Shown piece by piece: positions 63,901 to 64,000 of a stretch of 64,000 bases of DNA (position 1 is the first letter of the stretch; every line of letters starts with the position of its first letter). The notes under the pieces were generated by a model, which did no database searches, was not told where the DNA came from, and was given only the letters and a program-made list of their open reading frames with translations. The position numbers were made by a program, and so were the translations under genes. The DNA comes from an uncultured Acetobacteraceae bacterium (GTDB lineage: Bacteria; Pseudomonadota; Alphaproteobacteria; Acetobacterales; Acetobacteraceae), in the NCBI GenBank assembly GCA_964247695.1, contig CAXTVI010000020.1, positions 8,868 to 72,867 on the forward strand. Reading direction: 5' to 3'.

Positions 63901-64000
63901 GGCGTGCGCGCCGGGATCCCGAGGAGGCAGAGCTGCCGTTCCGTCCACTATGTCTCCGCCTTGCTGCATGGTGGACGACAACGCGCGCCGCCAGCCTGGT

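Noticed and set aside
1-64000. CRISPR arrays, insertion sequences, integrases, phage genes, toxin-antitoxin pairs or known defence systems.
   Set aside because: I saw no repeat-spacer periodicity and no transposase, integrase or recombinase-like ORFs. No terminal inverted repeats flank the lower-GC blocks. All repeats found are short operator- or hairpin-scale elements.

Overview
This is a 64-kb, very GC-rich chromosomal segment. By eye most genes are about 65-80% GC. It has alphaproteobacterial hallmarks: hdaA lies divergent from purM-purN, and a SUV3-like helicase is followed by an S4-domain protein and the 7Fe ferredoxin fdxA. I can support about 52 protein-coding genes. I found no rRNA, tRNA, CRISPR array, transposase or integrase.

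Gene order: Nramp-related transporter (cut by the left edge), hdaA, purM, purN, a small unannotated membrane ORF, an MFS transporter, ndk, an ABC-F ATPase, and an MHYT-PAS-GGDEF-EAL protein. Next come a secreted sedolisin (S53) and an S46 dipeptidyl-peptidase. A De Ley-Doudoroff-type galactose locus follows (GntR regulator, dgoK, dgoA, Gfo/Idh/MocA galactose dehydrogenase, SMP-30 lactonase). A divergent GT2/GT87 glycosyltransferase pair separates it from a sugar porter and an IlvD/Edd dehydratase. Then come a degenerate methyltransferase-like gene and a TetR + SDR pair with a duplicated promoter-operator module. A visibly lower-GC block holds UPF0182, a plasma-membrane-type (IIIA) H+-ATPase and PPK2. 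After that: glycan-initiation genes (DegT aminotransferase, PglF/WbpM dehydratase, GT4), a small secreted protein, MarR, an M17 aminopeptidase, the helicase, the S4 protein and fdxA.

The largest unit is a 10-gene, translationally coupled respiratory operon: Alternative Complex III (actA, actB, a fused actC-actD, actE, actF, an unknown 185-aa gene) plus an A2-type caa3 oxidase (subunits II, I, III, IV). The window ends with an esterase, PhzF, a lipoprotein, an S9 peptidase, BI-1/YccA and an FtsX-type ABC pair.

The most promising second-look items are:
- the H+-ATPase/PPK2/UPF0182 block
- the ActC-ActD fusion and the extra small gene inside the ACIII-oxidase operon
- the split galactose locus with an IlvD/Edd dehydratase in place of an enolase-type DgoD
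- several clean operator-like palindromes

All calls rest on motif recognition and my own translation. No database search was run, and many start codons are uncertain because the six-frame track is full of long GC-driven spurious ORFs.
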